64,000 bases of DNA from positions 55,873-119,872 of the forward strand of contig JAIXTM010000003.1 in the NCBI GenBank assembly GCA_027483945.1, written 5' to 3'. Below are positions 16,988 through 26,932 of this stretch, one piece after another. The stretch's first letter is position 1. Every line of letters begins with the position of its first letter. Made by a program: the position numbers and the translations under genes. The notes beneath the pieces were generated by a model. It did not search any database and was not told the origin of the DNA. It saw only the letters and a program-made list of their open reading frames with translations. The stretch is from Hyphomicrobiales bacterium. GTDB lineage: Bacteria; Pseudomonadota; Alphaproteobacteria; Rhizobiales; Beijerinckiaceae.

Positions 16988-19558
16988 ATGCTGGCACCCG
17001 CTCCGTCGGCGCAGCGCCTGCGCCTGCCGCTCGCCCTGCGGCTCGCTGTCCGGGAATTGTCCGGCGGCCTGCGCGGCTTCGGCATCTTTTTCGCCTGCCT
17101 CGCGCTCGGCGTCTGGGCCATCGCCGGCGTCGGCTCCATGTCACGCTCCCTCACCGAGGCGCTCGCCCGCGACGGCCGGGTGATCCTGGGCGGCGATATG
17201 GCATTCGGCCTGCAGCAGCGCGAGGCGACGCCGGAAGAGCGCGCCTTCCTCGACGCGCGCGGACGGGTGTCGTCCGTCGCCTCGCTGCGCGCCATGGCCA
17301 ATGCCGGTGACAAGGGCACGGCGCTGGTGGAACTCAAGGCCGTCGACGGCGCCTACCCGCTCGTCGGCGCCATGGTCACCGACCCGTCCGGCCCGCTGCC
17401 GGACCTCATGGCGCGGAACGGCGATGCCTACGGTGCCATCGTGGATCCGGCGACGCTGGCCCGGCTCGACCTCAAGGTCGGCGATGCCTTCGCCATCGGC
17501 GAAACGCCGTTTGTCGTGCGGGCGACCCTCGTCAGCCAGCCGGACAAGGTGGCGGACGGGGTCGGCTTTGCGCCGCATCTCTTCGTCAGCCAAGAGGCGT
17601 TGCGGGCGACCAACCTGCTTCAGCCCGGCAGCCTCGTGCGCTGGAGCTACCGGCTCGTCCTGCCCGAGGGCGGCGGCACCGATGCGGACCTGGAGCGCAT
17701 CGAGGAAGAGGCGGAGGCCGCGCTGCCGGAGGCGGGTTGGAACATCCGCACGCGCCTGCGCGCCGCGGCCAATTTCGAGCGCAATATCGAGCGCTTCTCG
17801 CAGTTTCTCGCGCTTGTCGGCCTGACGGCCCTCATCGTCGGCGGGGTGGGCGTCGCCAATGCGGTGCGCGGCTTCGTCGACCGCAAGCGCGTCTCCATAG
17901 CGGTGATGAAGAGTGTCGGCGCGCCCGGCGGCCGTGTCGTCGCGGTGCACCTGGTCCAGGTCATGGTCGTGGCGGCGGCCGCCGTCGCGCTCGGCCTCGC
18001 GATCGGCGCGGTGACACCCTACGCGGTGGCCGGCGCCTTCGGTGATCTGTTGCCGGTGCGGCTCTCGCCCACCGTCGCGCCCTGGGAACTCGGCCTTGCC
18101 GCGCTCTACGGCCTGCTCTGCGCCTTCGCCTTCGCGATCTATCCGTTGGGCCGGGCGCACGATGTGCCTGTGGCGGCGCTGTTCCGCGACCGGGTCGAGC
18201 CCGACACCGCCCTGCCCCGCCGGCGCTATCTGGCGGCGGTCGCCCTGGCGATCGTGGCACTGATCGGCGTCGCGCTCCTCTCGACCACGCAGACGCGGGT
18301 CGCGGCGATCTTTCTTGTCGCGGCCGCCGGCGCGTTCGTGGCGCTGCGGCTGGTGGCGGCCGGCCTTATGGCATCGGTGCGGCGCATGCCGCGCCCGCGC
18401 CGCCCCATGCTGCGGCTCGCGCTCGCCAACATTCATCGGCCCGCCGCCGTCACGCCGACCTTGATGCTTTCGCTGGGGCTCGGCGTCACGCTGCTGGTCG
18501 TCGTCGCGCTGGTGGACGCCAACTTCGCCCGCCAGCTCAATTCGGCCTTGCCGGCGCGCGCACCGAATTTCTTCTTCCTCGACATTCCGTCCAACCGCGC
18601 AGCCGATTTCGATGCCTTCCTTCAGAAGGCGGCGCCTGGTGCCACGCTGGAGCGGGTTCCGCTCATGCGCGGGCGCATCGTCAGCCTCAACGGCGTGCCC
18701 GCCGCCGAGGTCAAGGCGGCGGAGAACGCGTCGTGGGTCCTGGAAGGCGACCGCGGCCTGACCTATGCGCAGACTCCTCCCGAGGGGAGCGAGCTGACCG
18801 AGGGCGAATGGTGGCCGGCTGACTACAGGGGACCTCCGCTCGTGTCCTTCGATGCGGAGATCGGCAAGGGTCTCAACCTCAAGCTCGGCGACCGGGTCGT
18901 GGTCAATATCCTGGGCCGGAACATCGAGGCGCGAATCGCCAGCTTCCGCAAGATCGAGTGGCGTTCGCTCGGCATAAACTTCGTGATGGTTTTCTCGCCC
19001 AACACCTTCGCCGGCGCGCCGCATACCAACCTTGCCACAGTGACGCTTCCGCCCGCCGGAGACGAGGCGGTGGCCGAGCGCGCCATCGTGCGCGGCCTGG
19101 GACAGGCTTTCCCGATGGTGACCTCGATCCGGGTCAAGGAGGCGCTGGAGGCTGTCAACGACGTCGTCGGCAAGCTCGCGATCGCGATCCGCGGCGCGAG
19201 CGGCATCGTGCTGCTGGCAAGCTTGCTGGTGCTTGGCGGCGCTCTGGCGGCGGGTCATCGCGCCCGGCTCTACGACGCCGTCATCCTGAAGACGCTGGGC
19301 GCGACCCGGGCGCGGCTCCTCACGGCCTACGCGATCGAGTACGGGATCATCGGCGCCTGCGCGGCTCTGGTCGGGCTCGCCGCTGGCAGCATCGCCGCCT
19401 GGTTCGTGGTCGCGCGGGTCATGCAACTCGGCTTTGCGTTCGATGTCTCGGCGGTGGTCGCGGCCATCGCAGCGGTCGTTGTCGCCATCGCTCTTGGCCT
19501 CGTCGGCGCGACCCGTGTCCTCGGCCAGTCCCCCGCCCGGCACCTTCGCGACGGCTGA
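16988..19558 (+). CDS. ABC transporter permease with two FtsX-like domains (YbbP-like)
   Basis: ORF 16988..19558 (856 aa) starts 2 nt after the ATPase stop. It has a duplicated 4-TM FtsX-type architecture with large periplasmic loops. Confidence 0.85.
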   Translation: MLAPAPSAQRLRLPLALRLAVRELSGGLRGFGIFFACLALGVWAIAGVGSMSRSLTEALARDGRVILGGDMAFGLQQREATPEERAFLDARGRVSSVASLRAMANAGDKGTALVELKAVDGAYPLVGAMVTDPSGPLPDLMARNGDAYGAIVDPATLARLDLKVGDAFAIGETPFVVRATLVSQPDKVADGVGFAPHLFVSQEALRATNLLQPGSLVRWSYRLVLPEGGGTDADLERIEEEAEAALPEAGWNIRTRLRAAANFERNIERFSQFLALVGLTALIVGGVGVANAVRGFVDRKRVSIAVMKSVGAPGGRVVAVHLVQVMVVAAAAVALGLAIGAVTPYAVAGAFGDLLPVRLSPTVAPWELGLAALYGLLCAFAFAIYPLGRAHDVPVAALFRDRVEPDTALPRRRYLAAVALAIVALIGVALLSTTQTRVAAIFLVAAAGAFVALRLVAAGLMASVRRMPRPRRPMLRLALANIHRPAAVTPTLMLSLGLGVTLLVVVALVDANFARQLNSALPARAPNFFFLDIPSNRAADFDAFLQKAAPGATLERVPLMRGRIVSLNGVPAAEVKAAENASWVLEGDRGLTYAQTPPEGSELTEGEWWPADYRGPPLVSFDAEIGKGLNLKLGDRVVVNILGRNIEARIASFRKIEWRSLGINFVMVFSPNTFAGAPHTNLATVTLPPAGDEAVAERAIVRGLGQAFPMVTSIRVKEALEAVNDVVGKLAIAIRGASGIVLLASLLVLGGALAAGHRARLYDAVILKTLGATRARLLTAYAIEYGIIGACAALVGLAAGSIAAWFVVARVMQLGFAFDVSAVVAAIAAVVVAIALGLVGATRVLGQSPARHLRDG

Positions 19559-19727
19559 AGCCAGCGAAACGGCGGGCGCGACGTGCATAAGCGCAGCGGC
19601 TTCGCGTCGCGGCGCAGCTGCCGCGCTTGTGCGAGAGCACGAAGCGCCCCATATTCCGCGTATGCGCCTTCGGAAAAGCGCGCGCGGCGGGCCATGAGGC
19701 CGGTCGCCACACTACGAGAGGGTTCAC

Positions 19728-20525
19728 ATGTCCAACTTCGACCGCAACACCTACGCCTACGGGTCGGGCGTTGCTCAGGCCGGAGCAACCGAGTTCGACC
19801 AGGGCCTCCGGTCCTTCATGCTCGGCGTCTACAACAACATGATCTTGGGTCTGGCGATCTCGGGCCTGGTTGCGCTCGGCACCAACATGGCTGCCGTGAC
19901 GCAGTCGCCCACGCCATACGCGATCCGGGGCGGCCAGTTCCTGACCTCGTTCGGCTACGCGATCTACGCGACGCCCCTGAAGTGGCTCGTCATCCTGGCG
20001 CCGCTGGCCTTCATCTTCTTCTTCTCGTTCCGCATGGACCGCATGACGGCGGCCTCCGCGCGGAGCGTCTTCTACCTGTTCGCCGCGGTGATGGGCCTGT
20101 CCCTGTCGTCGCTGTTCCTGGTCTACACGTCGGCCTCGATCGTGCAGGTCTTCTTCATCACGGCGGCCGCGTTCGGCGCGCTGAGCCTGTTCGGCTACAC
20201 GACCAAGCGTAGCCTGTCCGGCTTCGGCTCGTTCCTGATCATGGGTCTGTTCGGCCTGATGATCGCCTCGCTGGTCAATCTCGGCCTCGTGGCTTTCGGC
20301 TACAAGTTCCAGATGCTCCAGCTGGTCATTTCCGGCCTCGGCGTCCTGATCTTCGCCGGTCTGACCGCCTATGACACGCAGCGTCTCAAGGAGATGTACG
20401 TGTATGGCGGCATGGACGGCGAGGGCGTCGCGAAGATGTCGGTGATGGGCGCGCTGTCGCTCTATCTGAACTTCATCAACATGTTCCAGTTCCTGCTCTC
20501 GCTGCTGGGCAACCGCAACGAGTAA
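19728..20525 (+). CDS. Bax inhibitor-1/YccA/YbhL family membrane protein
   Basis: ORF 19728..20525, with GAGAGGG upstream. LRSFMLGVYNNMILGLAISGLVA and a 7-TM layout, with the C-terminus LYLNFINMFQFLLSLLG typical of BI-1. Confidence 0.85.
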   Translation: MSNFDRNTYAYGSGVAQAGATEFDQGLRSFMLGVYNNMILGLAISGLVALGTNMAAVTQSPTPYAIRGGQFLTSFGYAIYATPLKWLVILAPLAFIFFFSFRMDRMTAASARSVFYLFAAVMGLSLSSLFLVYTSASIVQVFFITAAAFGALSLFGYTTKRSLSGFGSFLIMGLFGLMIASLVNLGLVAFGYKFQMLQLVISGLGVLIFAGLTAYDTQRLKEMYVYGGMDGEGVAKMSVMGALSLYLNFINMFQFLLSLLGNRNE

Positions 20526-20551
20526 CGGGATCACCCCGGCACAAAGATTCA

Positions 20552-20583
20552 GCCCCGGCCCGAAACGGCCGGGGCTTTTTCTT
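20552..20583 (+). terminator. rho-independent terminator after the BI-1 gene
   Basis: Perfect 9-bp stem GCCCCGGCC/GGCCGGGGC, 6-nt loop, then TTTTTCTT. It lies 27 nt after the stop codon. Confidence 0.8.
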
Positions 20584-20651
20584 GCGCAGCTTCGGGCTCC
20601 CGTGCGAAGCCCGGCGGCGCATCCGACCCAACCTTACGACTGTCGAGCGCC

Positions 20652-21185
20652 ATGCCGATCTCCGTCCGCCCCGCTCTTCCGGCCGACATCCCGGCCATCG
20701 CCGTCATCTACGCCCATGCCGTCCGTCACGGGACCGCCTCTTTCGAGCTCGACCCGCCCGACGAGACGGAGATGGCCCGCCGAATGGCCGCCCTGCGGGA
20801 CGCGGACTATCCGTATCTGGTGGCGCAGGAGGACGGGGTGGTGCTCGGCTACGCCTATGCCGGGCCGTACCGGCCGCGGCCCGCCTACCGCAACACCGTT
20901 GAGAACTCGATCTATGTCTCGCCGGACGCCCGTCGGCGCGGCGTCGCGCGGGCCCTCTTGGACGCCCTCATCGCGGAATGCGAGAGCATGGGATTCCGCC
21001 AGATGATCGCGGTGATCGGTGACAGCCAGTCGGCGGCGTCCCGGGGCCTGCACGAGAGCTTGGGGTTTCGGCTGGTGGGCATCGCGGAGGCGGTCGGCTT
21101 CAAGCACGGCCGCTGGCTCGACCAGGTTCTCATGCAGCGCGCGCTCGGGCCTGGCACATCGACCCCGCCGGCCCCTAGACCGTGA
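20652..21185 (+). CDS. GNAT N-acetyltransferase, phosphinothricin/methionine-sulfoximine acetyltransferase-like
   Basis: ORF 20652..21185. The PAT-family pattern runs IRPA..D..AI..IY...V...TASFE...P...E...LVA...G.V.GYAY.GP.R.R.AY..TVE.S.YV through to GFKHGRWLDQVLMQRAL. Confidence 0.85.
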   Translation: MPISVRPALPADIPAIAVIYAHAVRHGTASFELDPPDETEMARRMAALRDADYPYLVAQEDGVVLGYAYAGPYRPRPAYRNTVENSIYVSPDARRRGVARALLDALIAECESMGFRQMIAVIGDSQSAASRGLHESLGFRLVGIAEAVGFKHGRWLDQVLMQRALGPGTSTPPAPRP

Positions 21186-21561
21186 CGAGCCTCAACCGCT
21201 TTTCCAAGACGCCGAGAACGCGCGGCAGGTCGTCCCCGCGCTTCATGACGAGGCCCGTGGCCGCGATCACCGAGTAAGCTCCCTGGCGGCGGGCGCGGCC
21301 GGGCTCCTTCTCGATCCGGTAGAGCGGCACCTCGCTGGTGCGCCGGAAGACCGAGAACACCGCCTTGTCGCGTAGGAAATCGATGGCGTAGTCGCGCCAT
21401 TCGCCGGCCGCGACCATACGGCCATAGACGTCCATGATGGCGCGAAGCTCGCGGTGGTCGAACGAGACGTCGGGCCTGGCCCGGTTGAGCGGCACGACGA
21501 CATCCGCCGGCTCGCTCCGCTGTCCCGGCGGGGTATCCCCGCCGCCTGCGCCTGATTCCAT
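21175..21561 (-). CDS. DUF2794 domain protein
   Basis: Internal ATG at 21561 of ORF 21175..21636, with GGAGA 5 nt upstream. VSFDHRELRAIMDVYGRMVAAGEWRDYAIDF...FSVFRR matches my memory of DUF2794. The 3' end overlaps the convergent acetyltransferase gene by 11 nt. Confidence 0.6.
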   Translation of the reverse strand: MESGAGGGDTPPGQRSEPADVVVPLNRARPDVSFDHRELRAIMDVYGRMVAAGEWRDYAIDFLRDKAVFSVFRRTSEVPLYRIEKEPGRARRQGAYSVIAATGLVMKRGDDLPRVLGVLEKRLRLVTV

Positions 21562-21846
21562 GCCAGTCTCCGGCCTTGGGACGCGATGATGCGCCCGAGG
21601 GCACCGCCTGGCAAGCGTGACCCGGCCGGCGTCCATTCATCACAATAAAGCCCAAAACGCGCCAAGCCCCGGCCCTAGTGCGAGGTCATGAATCACCTCG
21701 TTGCCTCGATGGCCTGGCGCTCCGGCCCCGGACACGTCAGCCCCCCAGCCCCCCGTGGTTGGAGCGCCGGCCATCGAGTGCACGGCATGCAAGGGTCGCG
21801 TTCCTGATCCGCCATGTCGCTTCGAGTCGAGCGTACCCTACCCTCC

Positions 21847-21878
21847 CGGCCGGTCCCTCTGGACCGGCCGTTTTGTTG
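21847..21878 (+). terminator. orphan rho-independent terminator-like hairpin in the DUF2794/GDH intergenic region
   Basis: Perfect 10-bp stem CGGCCGGTCC/GGACCGGCCG, loop CTCT, followed by TTTTGTTG. No credible plus-strand gene ends upstream of it. Confidence 0.55.
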
Positions 21879-21925
21879 CGAGCGGCCCGCATTTCCGCCG
21901 GATTCATCGCCTCCTCGGATCATTT

Positions 21926-21954
21926 TTGCATTTCTCCGGCCGCTTCCATGCAAT
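21926..21954 (+). promoter_or_regulatory. inverted repeat TTGCAT-N16-ATGCAA, readable as a sigma70-like promoter TTGCAT-N17-TGCAAT upstream of NAD-GDH
   Basis: Perfect 6-bp arms in the only AT-rich patch of this gap, about 120 nt upstream of the GDH ATG. Confidence 0.3.
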
Positions 21955-22075
21955 TATTCGATACGCGAGCCACAAACCTCATCGCATCGACTAAGGAAGA
22001 GGCACGACCGAAGCCGCAGGGCCTTGAGAGCAACGCGGCGGACGGCCGGGACGACATCGCAGGGAGCGGACGATC

Positions 22076-25000
22076 ATGTCGCGCAAGAGCGTGGGAGCCG
22101 AGGCGCAATCCGGTACGGGGAGCGCGGCGCCGCCCGGCTTCGCGGAAGCCCTGTTCGGTCGCACGGCGCCGGAGGACATCGCCTTCGTCGACGCCGCTGC
22201 CCGGAACCGGCTTGCCGCCGCGGCTTTTGCCCATTTGTCCCAGCGCCGCGAGCCGGATCACCACGATATCCTGATCTACGACCAGCAGATCACGGGCGGC
22301 GACAAGCCGGCCGAGGTGACCGTCGTCGAGATTGTCAACGACAACATGCCGTTCCTGCTGGATTCCACGCTGGCGGAACTGGGCGAGCAGGGCTACGAGC
22401 CGCGCCTCGTCGCCCACCCGATCCTGGCCGTGGAACGTTCCGTGGACGGGTCGTTCCGCCAGAGCCACGGCGAGGCGCACGGACCCGTTCCGGCCGGTGC
22501 GCGGCGCGAGAGCCTCATCCACATCCATATCGACCGCATCGACTCCGGCGAGGAGCGCGCCCGGCTGAAGGAAGGGCTCGACCGAACCTTCACCGACGTG
22601 CGCCTGGCGGTGACGGACTGGGCGGCCATGCGGGTCCGGCTCGCCGCGGCGAGCCATGCCTTCAAGGCCAACCCGCCGCCGCTGGATTCGCGGGAGGTCT
22701 CGGAGGCGGTCCATTTCCTGGACTGGATCGCCGACGACAATTTCACCCTGCTCGGCATCCGCCAGTACCGCTTCGTGGAAGGCGACACCGCCGCCGACCC
22801 GGTCGCCGACAGCGGGCTCGGCATCCTGCGCGATCCCGAAGTCAGGATCCTGCGCAAGGGCCGCGAACTCGTCGTCACCACGCCCGAGATCCGCGCCTTC
22901 CTGGAGCGGCCGGTCGCGCTCATCATCACCAAGGCGAACGTCAAGTCGCGCGTCCACCGGCGGGTGCATCTGGACTATGTCGGCGTGAAGCTCTTCGCGC
23001 CGGACGGGCGGCTGGAGGGCGAGCTGCGCATCGTCGGGCTCTTCACCTCCAGCGCCTATACCCGCACCTCCGACACGATCCCCTATCTGCGCCACAAAGT
23101 GTCCCAGGTGGTCCAGCGCGCCGGTTTCGACCCGGCGAGCTATTCGGGCCGGGCGCTGCTCAACGTGCTGGATTCCTATCCTCGCGACGAGCTGTTCCAG
23201 GTCGACATCGATACGCTCTATCGCTTTTCCCTCGCGATCATGCAGCTCTCCGAGCGGCCGCGCCTGCGGGCGCTGGCCCGCGTCGACGAGTTCGACCGCT
23301 TCGTCTCGGTCCTCGTCTACGTGCCCAAGGACCGCTACGACACCCGCATCCGCGTGCGGATCGGCGAGTTCCTGGCCCGCGTCTTCAAGGGCCGCGTCTC
23401 CGCCGCCTACCCGGCCTACCCGGAAGGGCCGCTGGCGCGCACCCATTTCATCATCGGCCGCTACGAGGGCGATACGCCGCGCATCTCCCAGGAGCAGCTT
23501 GAGGCCGGCATCTCGGCCATCGTCCGCACCTGGGCCGACGGCCTGCGCGAGACGCTAACCGGCGCCATGGACGGCATCGCCGCCCGCACGCTGGGACAGC
23601 GCTACGCCGACGCCTTCAACGCCGCCTACCGGGAGGCCTTCGCCCCCGCCGACGCGATCGGCGACATCAATGTCATCGAGACGCTGACCGGCGAGCGCGA
23701 CCGCGCCATCGAGCTCTATCACCGCGACGGCGACCCGGACACGCGGGTCCATCTCAAGGTCTTCGCGCGGGGCGCATCGCTTCCGCTGTCCCAGCGCGTG
23801 CCGATGCTGGAAAATCTCGGTTTCCGGGTCGTCAACGAGAGGACGTACCGGGTCGTGCCCGCCGGCGCCCGCGAGACGGACCGGATCTGGCTGCACGACA
23901 TGGCGCTGGAGCGCGCCGCGGGTGGTGCCATTGCCGCCGACGAGATCGGGCCGAAGGTAGAAGCGGCCATCATGGCCCAGTTCCGCGGCGCCTCCGAATC
24001 CGACCGCTTCGACGCCCTCGTCCTGGAGGCCGGGCTCGCCTGGCGCGACGTCGCCATGGTGCGGGCGCTGGGCCGTTTCCTGCGTCAGGCCCGCAGCGCC
24101 TACGCCCAGGACTACATCGCCCAGACGCTGGCCCGCCATGCCGGCATCACGCGCCAGCTCGTCGAGCTCTTCCACGCGCGTTTCGACCCGCGCGTGCCCG
24201 CCAAGGAGCGCGACAAGCGCCAGCAGGCCCTGCGCGCCGAGATCGAGGCGGCCCTGTCGGCGGTCTCCAGCCTCGACGACGACAAGATCCTGCGCCGCTT
24301 CGTGAACCTGATCGAGGCGGCCATCCGCACCAATTTCTTCCAGGTCGCCAAGGACGGCCAGCCGCGCCCGACCATCGCGTTCAAGTTCGAGTCCGGGCGC
24401 ATCGAGGGCCTGCCCCTGCCCCGGCCGCTCTACGAAATCTTCCTCTATTCCCCTCGCGTCGAGGGCGTGCACCTGCGCTTCGGCAAGGTCGCCCGCGGCG
24501 GCCTGCGCTGGTCGGACCGCCCGCAGGATTACCGCACGGAGATCCTCGGCCTGGTGAAGGCCCAGCAGGTCAAGAACGCGGTGATCGTTCCGGTGGGCGC
24601 CAAGGGCGGCTTCGTGCCCAAGCAGCTGCCGCCCATGAGCGACCGGCAGGCCTGGCTCGCCGAGGGAACGGAAGCCTACCGCATCTTCATCCGCACCCTG
24701 CTCGAGCTCACCGACAACATCGTCGACGGCAGGATCGTGCCGCCCGACAACACGGTGCGCCACGACGGTGACGATCCCTATCTCGTCGTCGCCGCCGACA
24801 AGGGCACCGCCACCTTCTCCGACACGGCCAACGCCCTCTCGCTGGAGAAGGGCCATTGGCTCGGCGACGCCTTCGCCTCCGGCGGCAGCCAGGGCTACGA
24901 CCACAAGAAGATGGGCATCACGGCCCGCGGCGGCTGGGAGGCGGTGAAGCGCCACTTCCGCGAGATGAACGTCGACATCCAGACGCAGCCGGTGCGCGTC

Positions 25001-26878
25001 GCCGGCGTCGGCGACATGTCCGGCGACGTCTTCGGCAACGGCATGCTGCTCTCGCCGGCGCTGAAGCTGGTCGCCGCCTTCGACCACCGCGACATCTTCC
25101 TCGATCCCGATCCGGATCCGGCGACCTCCTTCAAGGAGCGCCAGCGCCTGTTCGACCTGCCCCGCTCCAGCTGGCAGGATTACGACAAGACACTCATCTC
25201 CAAGGGCGGCGGTATCTTCCCGCGCGCGGCGAAGTCCCTGGACCTGTCGCCGCAGGTTCAGGCCATGCTCGGCCTTCCCAGCGCGACGGCGACCCCGGCC
25301 GAGGTGATGAACGCCGTCCTCAAGGCCAAGGTCGACCTGCTCTGGTTCGGCGGCATCGGCACCTATATCCGGTCCTCGGACGAGACCGACGACCAGGTCG
25401 GCGACCGCGCCAACGACGCGATCCGCATCACGGGCGCGGAGGTCGGCGCCAAGGTCATCGGCGAAGGCGCCAATCTGGGCATGACCCAACGCGGCCGCAT
25501 CGAGGCCGCCCGCGCCGGAATCCGCCTGAACACCGACGCCATCGACAATTCCGCCGGCGTCAACACGTCTGACGTCGAGGTGAACATCAAGATCGCGCTG
25601 GCCGTGCCGGAGGCCGACGGACGGCTGACGCCGGACGACCGCAACGCGCTGCTCGCCTCCATGACCGACGATGTCGCGGGCCTCGTCCTGCGCAACAATT
25701 ACCTCCAGACGCTGGCGCTCTCGCTCTCCGAGCGGCGCGGCACGGAAGAGACGGGCTTCCTGCGCCAGCTCATGCGGCGGCTGGAGGGCGAAGGCCGCCT
25801 CGACCGGTCGGTCGAGTTCCTGCCGACGGACCAGCAGATCGCCGAGCGCGACCGGCGCGGCGAGGGCCTGACGCGCCCCGAACTGGCGGTGCTGCTCGCC
25901 TATGCCAAGCTCGCTTTGCACGACGCGCTCCTGGAGAGCCCCGTTCCCGACGAGCCCTATCTGTCGCGGGAATTGCAGCGCTACTTCCCCGAAGGCGTGA
26001 AGGCGCGCTTCCCCGACGCGGTCGAGAACCATCGCCTGCGCCGGGAGATCGTCGCCACGCAGCTCGCCAACGCCCTGGTCAACCGGGGCGGCCCGGCGGT
26101 GGTCTCGCGGCTGATGGACGAGACCGGCGCCGACGCGGCCGCCATCACCCGCGCCTATGCCGCGACCCGGGACGCCTACGACCTGGTGGCGATCAACGGC
26201 GCGATCGACGCCCTCGACGGGGCCATCGACGGAGCCCGACAGCTGGAACTCTACGGCGAGGTCCAGAACCTCACGCTGAACCGGCTGGTCTGGTTCCTGC
26301 GCAACATGTCCGGGGACCTGGAGCAGGTCGTCGCCCGGTTCCGGAAGGGGATCGCCGAGGTCGCGGCCGCCCTCGACACCGCGCTCCTGCCGGACGCCAA
26401 GGCGCACCGCGCCACGGAGCGCGCGCGGTGGATCGCCGAAGGCGTGCCGGAATCGCTGGCGGCGAAGATCGCCGACCTGCCCGCCCTCGCCGGGGCGCCC
26501 GACATCGTCCTCGTCGCCGACGAGGCCAAGGGCGGCATCGCGACCGTCGCGGCCACCTACTTCGCCGTCGATGCCGCGTTCAAGCTCACCGCGCTCGTGG
26601 AGCAGGGCCAGGACGTCAAGGCCGCCGATTACTATGACCGGCTCGCCCTGGACCGCGCCCTCGGCCAGATCGCGTCGGCCCACCGCCAGCTGACGGCCGC
26701 GGTGGCCAGGGGCGGCGGCGAGGGCACCAAGGGCGTCGAGGCCTGGGTCGCGGCGCGCGCCGCGGACGTCGACCGCGTGCGCGCCGGCGTCACCGCCATC
26801 GTCGCCTCGGGCCTCACGGTCTCCAAGCTGACCGTGGCCGCAAGCCTGCTGGACGACCTCGCCCGCCGCAGCGCCTGA
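22076..26878 (+). CDS. NAD-specific glutamate dehydrogenase, large (~180 kDa) class
   Basis: ORF 22076..26878 (1600 aa), with GGGAGCGGA upstream. The catalytic core is [39 protein letters not shown]...[13 protein letters not shown]...[13 protein letters not shown]. Confidence 0.95.
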   Translation: MSRKSVGAEAQSGTGSAAPPGFAEALFGRTAPEDIAFVDAAARNRLAAAAFAHLSQRREPDHHDILIYDQQITGGDKPAEVTVVEIVNDNMPFLLDSTLAELGEQGYEPRLVAHPILAVERSVDGSFRQSHGEAHGPVPAGARRESLIHIHIDRIDSGEERARLKEGLDRTFTDVRLAVTDWAAMRVRLAAASHAFKANPPPLDSREVSEAVHFLDWIADDNFTLLGIRQYRFVEGDTAADPVADSGLGILRDPEVRILRKGRELVVTTPEIRAFLERPVALIITKANVKSRVHRRVHLDYVGVKLFAPDGRLEGELRIVGLFTSSAYTRTSDTIPYLRHKVSQVVQRAGFDPASYSGRALLNVLDSYPRDELFQVDIDTLYRFSLAIMQLSERPRLRALARVDEFDRFVSVLVYVPKDRYDTRIRVRIGEFLARVFKGRVSAAYPAYPEGPLARTHFIIGRYEGDTPRISQEQLEAGISAIVRTWADGLRETLTGAMDGIAARTLGQRYADAFNAAYREAFAPADAIGDINVIETLTGERDRAIELYHRDGDPDTRVHLKVFARGASLPLSQRVPMLENLGFRVVNERTYRVVPAGARETDRIWLHDMALERAAGGAIAADEIGPKVEAAIMAQFRGASESDRFDALVLEAGLAWRDVAMVRALGRFLRQARSAYAQDYIAQTLARHAGITRQLVELFHARFDPRVPAKERDKRQQALRAEIEAALSAVSSLDDDKILRRFVNLIEAAIRTNFFQVAKDGQPRPTIAFKFESGRIEGLPLPRPLYEIFLYSPRVEGVHLRFGKVARGGLRWSDRPQDYRTEILGLVKAQQVKNAVIVPVGAKGGFVPKQLPPMSDRQAWLAEGTEAYRIFIRTLLELTDNIVDGRIVPPDNTVRHDGDDPYLVVAADKGTATFSDTANALSLEKGHWLGDAFASGGSQGYDHKKMGITARGGWEAVKRHFREMNVDIQTQPVRVAGVGDMSGDVFGNGMLLSPALKLVAAFDHRDIFLDPDPDPATSFKERQRLFDLPRSSWQDYDKTLISKGGGIFPRAAKSLDLSPQVQAMLGLPSATATPAEVMNAVLKAKVDLLWFGGIGTYIRSSDETDDQVGDRANDAIRITGAEVGAKVIGEGANLGMTQRGRIEAARAGIRLNTDAIDNSAGVNTSDVEVNIKIALAVPEADGRLTPDDRNALLASMTDDVAGLVLRNNYLQTLALSLSERRGTEETGFLRQLMRRLEGEGRLDRSVEFLPTDQQIAERDRRGEGLTRPELAVLLAYAKLALHDALLESPVPDEPYLSRELQRYFPEGVKARFPDAVENHRLRREIVATQLANALVNRGGPAVVSRLMDETGADAAAITRAYAATRDAYDLVAINGAIDALDGAIDGARQLELYGEVQNLTLNRLVWFLRNMSGDLEQVVARFRKGIAEVAAALDTALLPDAKAHRATERARWIAEGVPESLAAKIADLPALAGAPDIVLVADEAKGGIATVAATYFAVDAAFKLTALVEQGQDVKAADYYDRLALDRALGQIASAHRQLTAAVARGGGEGTKGVEAWVAARAADVDRVRAGVTAIVASGLTVSKLTVAASLLDDLARRSA

Positions 26879-26882
26879 ATGC

Positions 26883-26907
26883 AAAAGGCCGCGGCGATGC
26901 CGCGGCC
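26883..26907 (-). terminator. hairpin terminator downstream of purH (between convergent gdh and purH)
   Basis: Stem GGCCGCGGC/GCCGCGGCC (9 bp, 3-nt loop). On the minus strand it is followed by TTTTGC. Confidence 0.55.
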
Positions 26908-26932
26908 CTGATGCCCGAGGCCGATCGCCGCC

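Noticed and set aside
17141-19588. An 815-aa minus-strand ORF.
   Set aside because: It is antisense to the YbbP-like FtsX permease. It is Arg/Asp/Gly-rich, has no domain signature, and would have no SD or operon logic.
21175-21185. Convergent 3' overlaps at 21175-21185 (11 nt), 41960-41970 (11 nt) and 58423-58426 (4 nt), considered as possible programmed antisense regulation.
   Set aside because: Short convergent overlaps are common in compact GC-rich genomes and depend on stop-codon position only. There is no extra structure or conservation evidence available from the sequence alone.
21701-21994. A 97-aa plus-strand ORF, and overlapping ORFs 21678..22274 and 21814..23502, in the gap upstream of GDH.
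   Set aside because: They are Pro/Arg/Ser-rich with no SD. They read straight through a strong terminator hairpin and into or across the GDH start. They are more consistent with non-coding sequence.
23555-26884. A 1109-aa ORF on the minus strand, exactly antisense to the NAD-GDH gene.
   Set aside because: The composition is Gly/Arg/Asp/Val-rich with low complexity (…[31 protein letters not shown]…). It sits entirely inside a 1600-aa gene with unmistakable GDH motifs. At this GC content stop codons are rare in the antisense frame. As far as I recall, antisense translations of this gene have been mis-annotated as proteins before.
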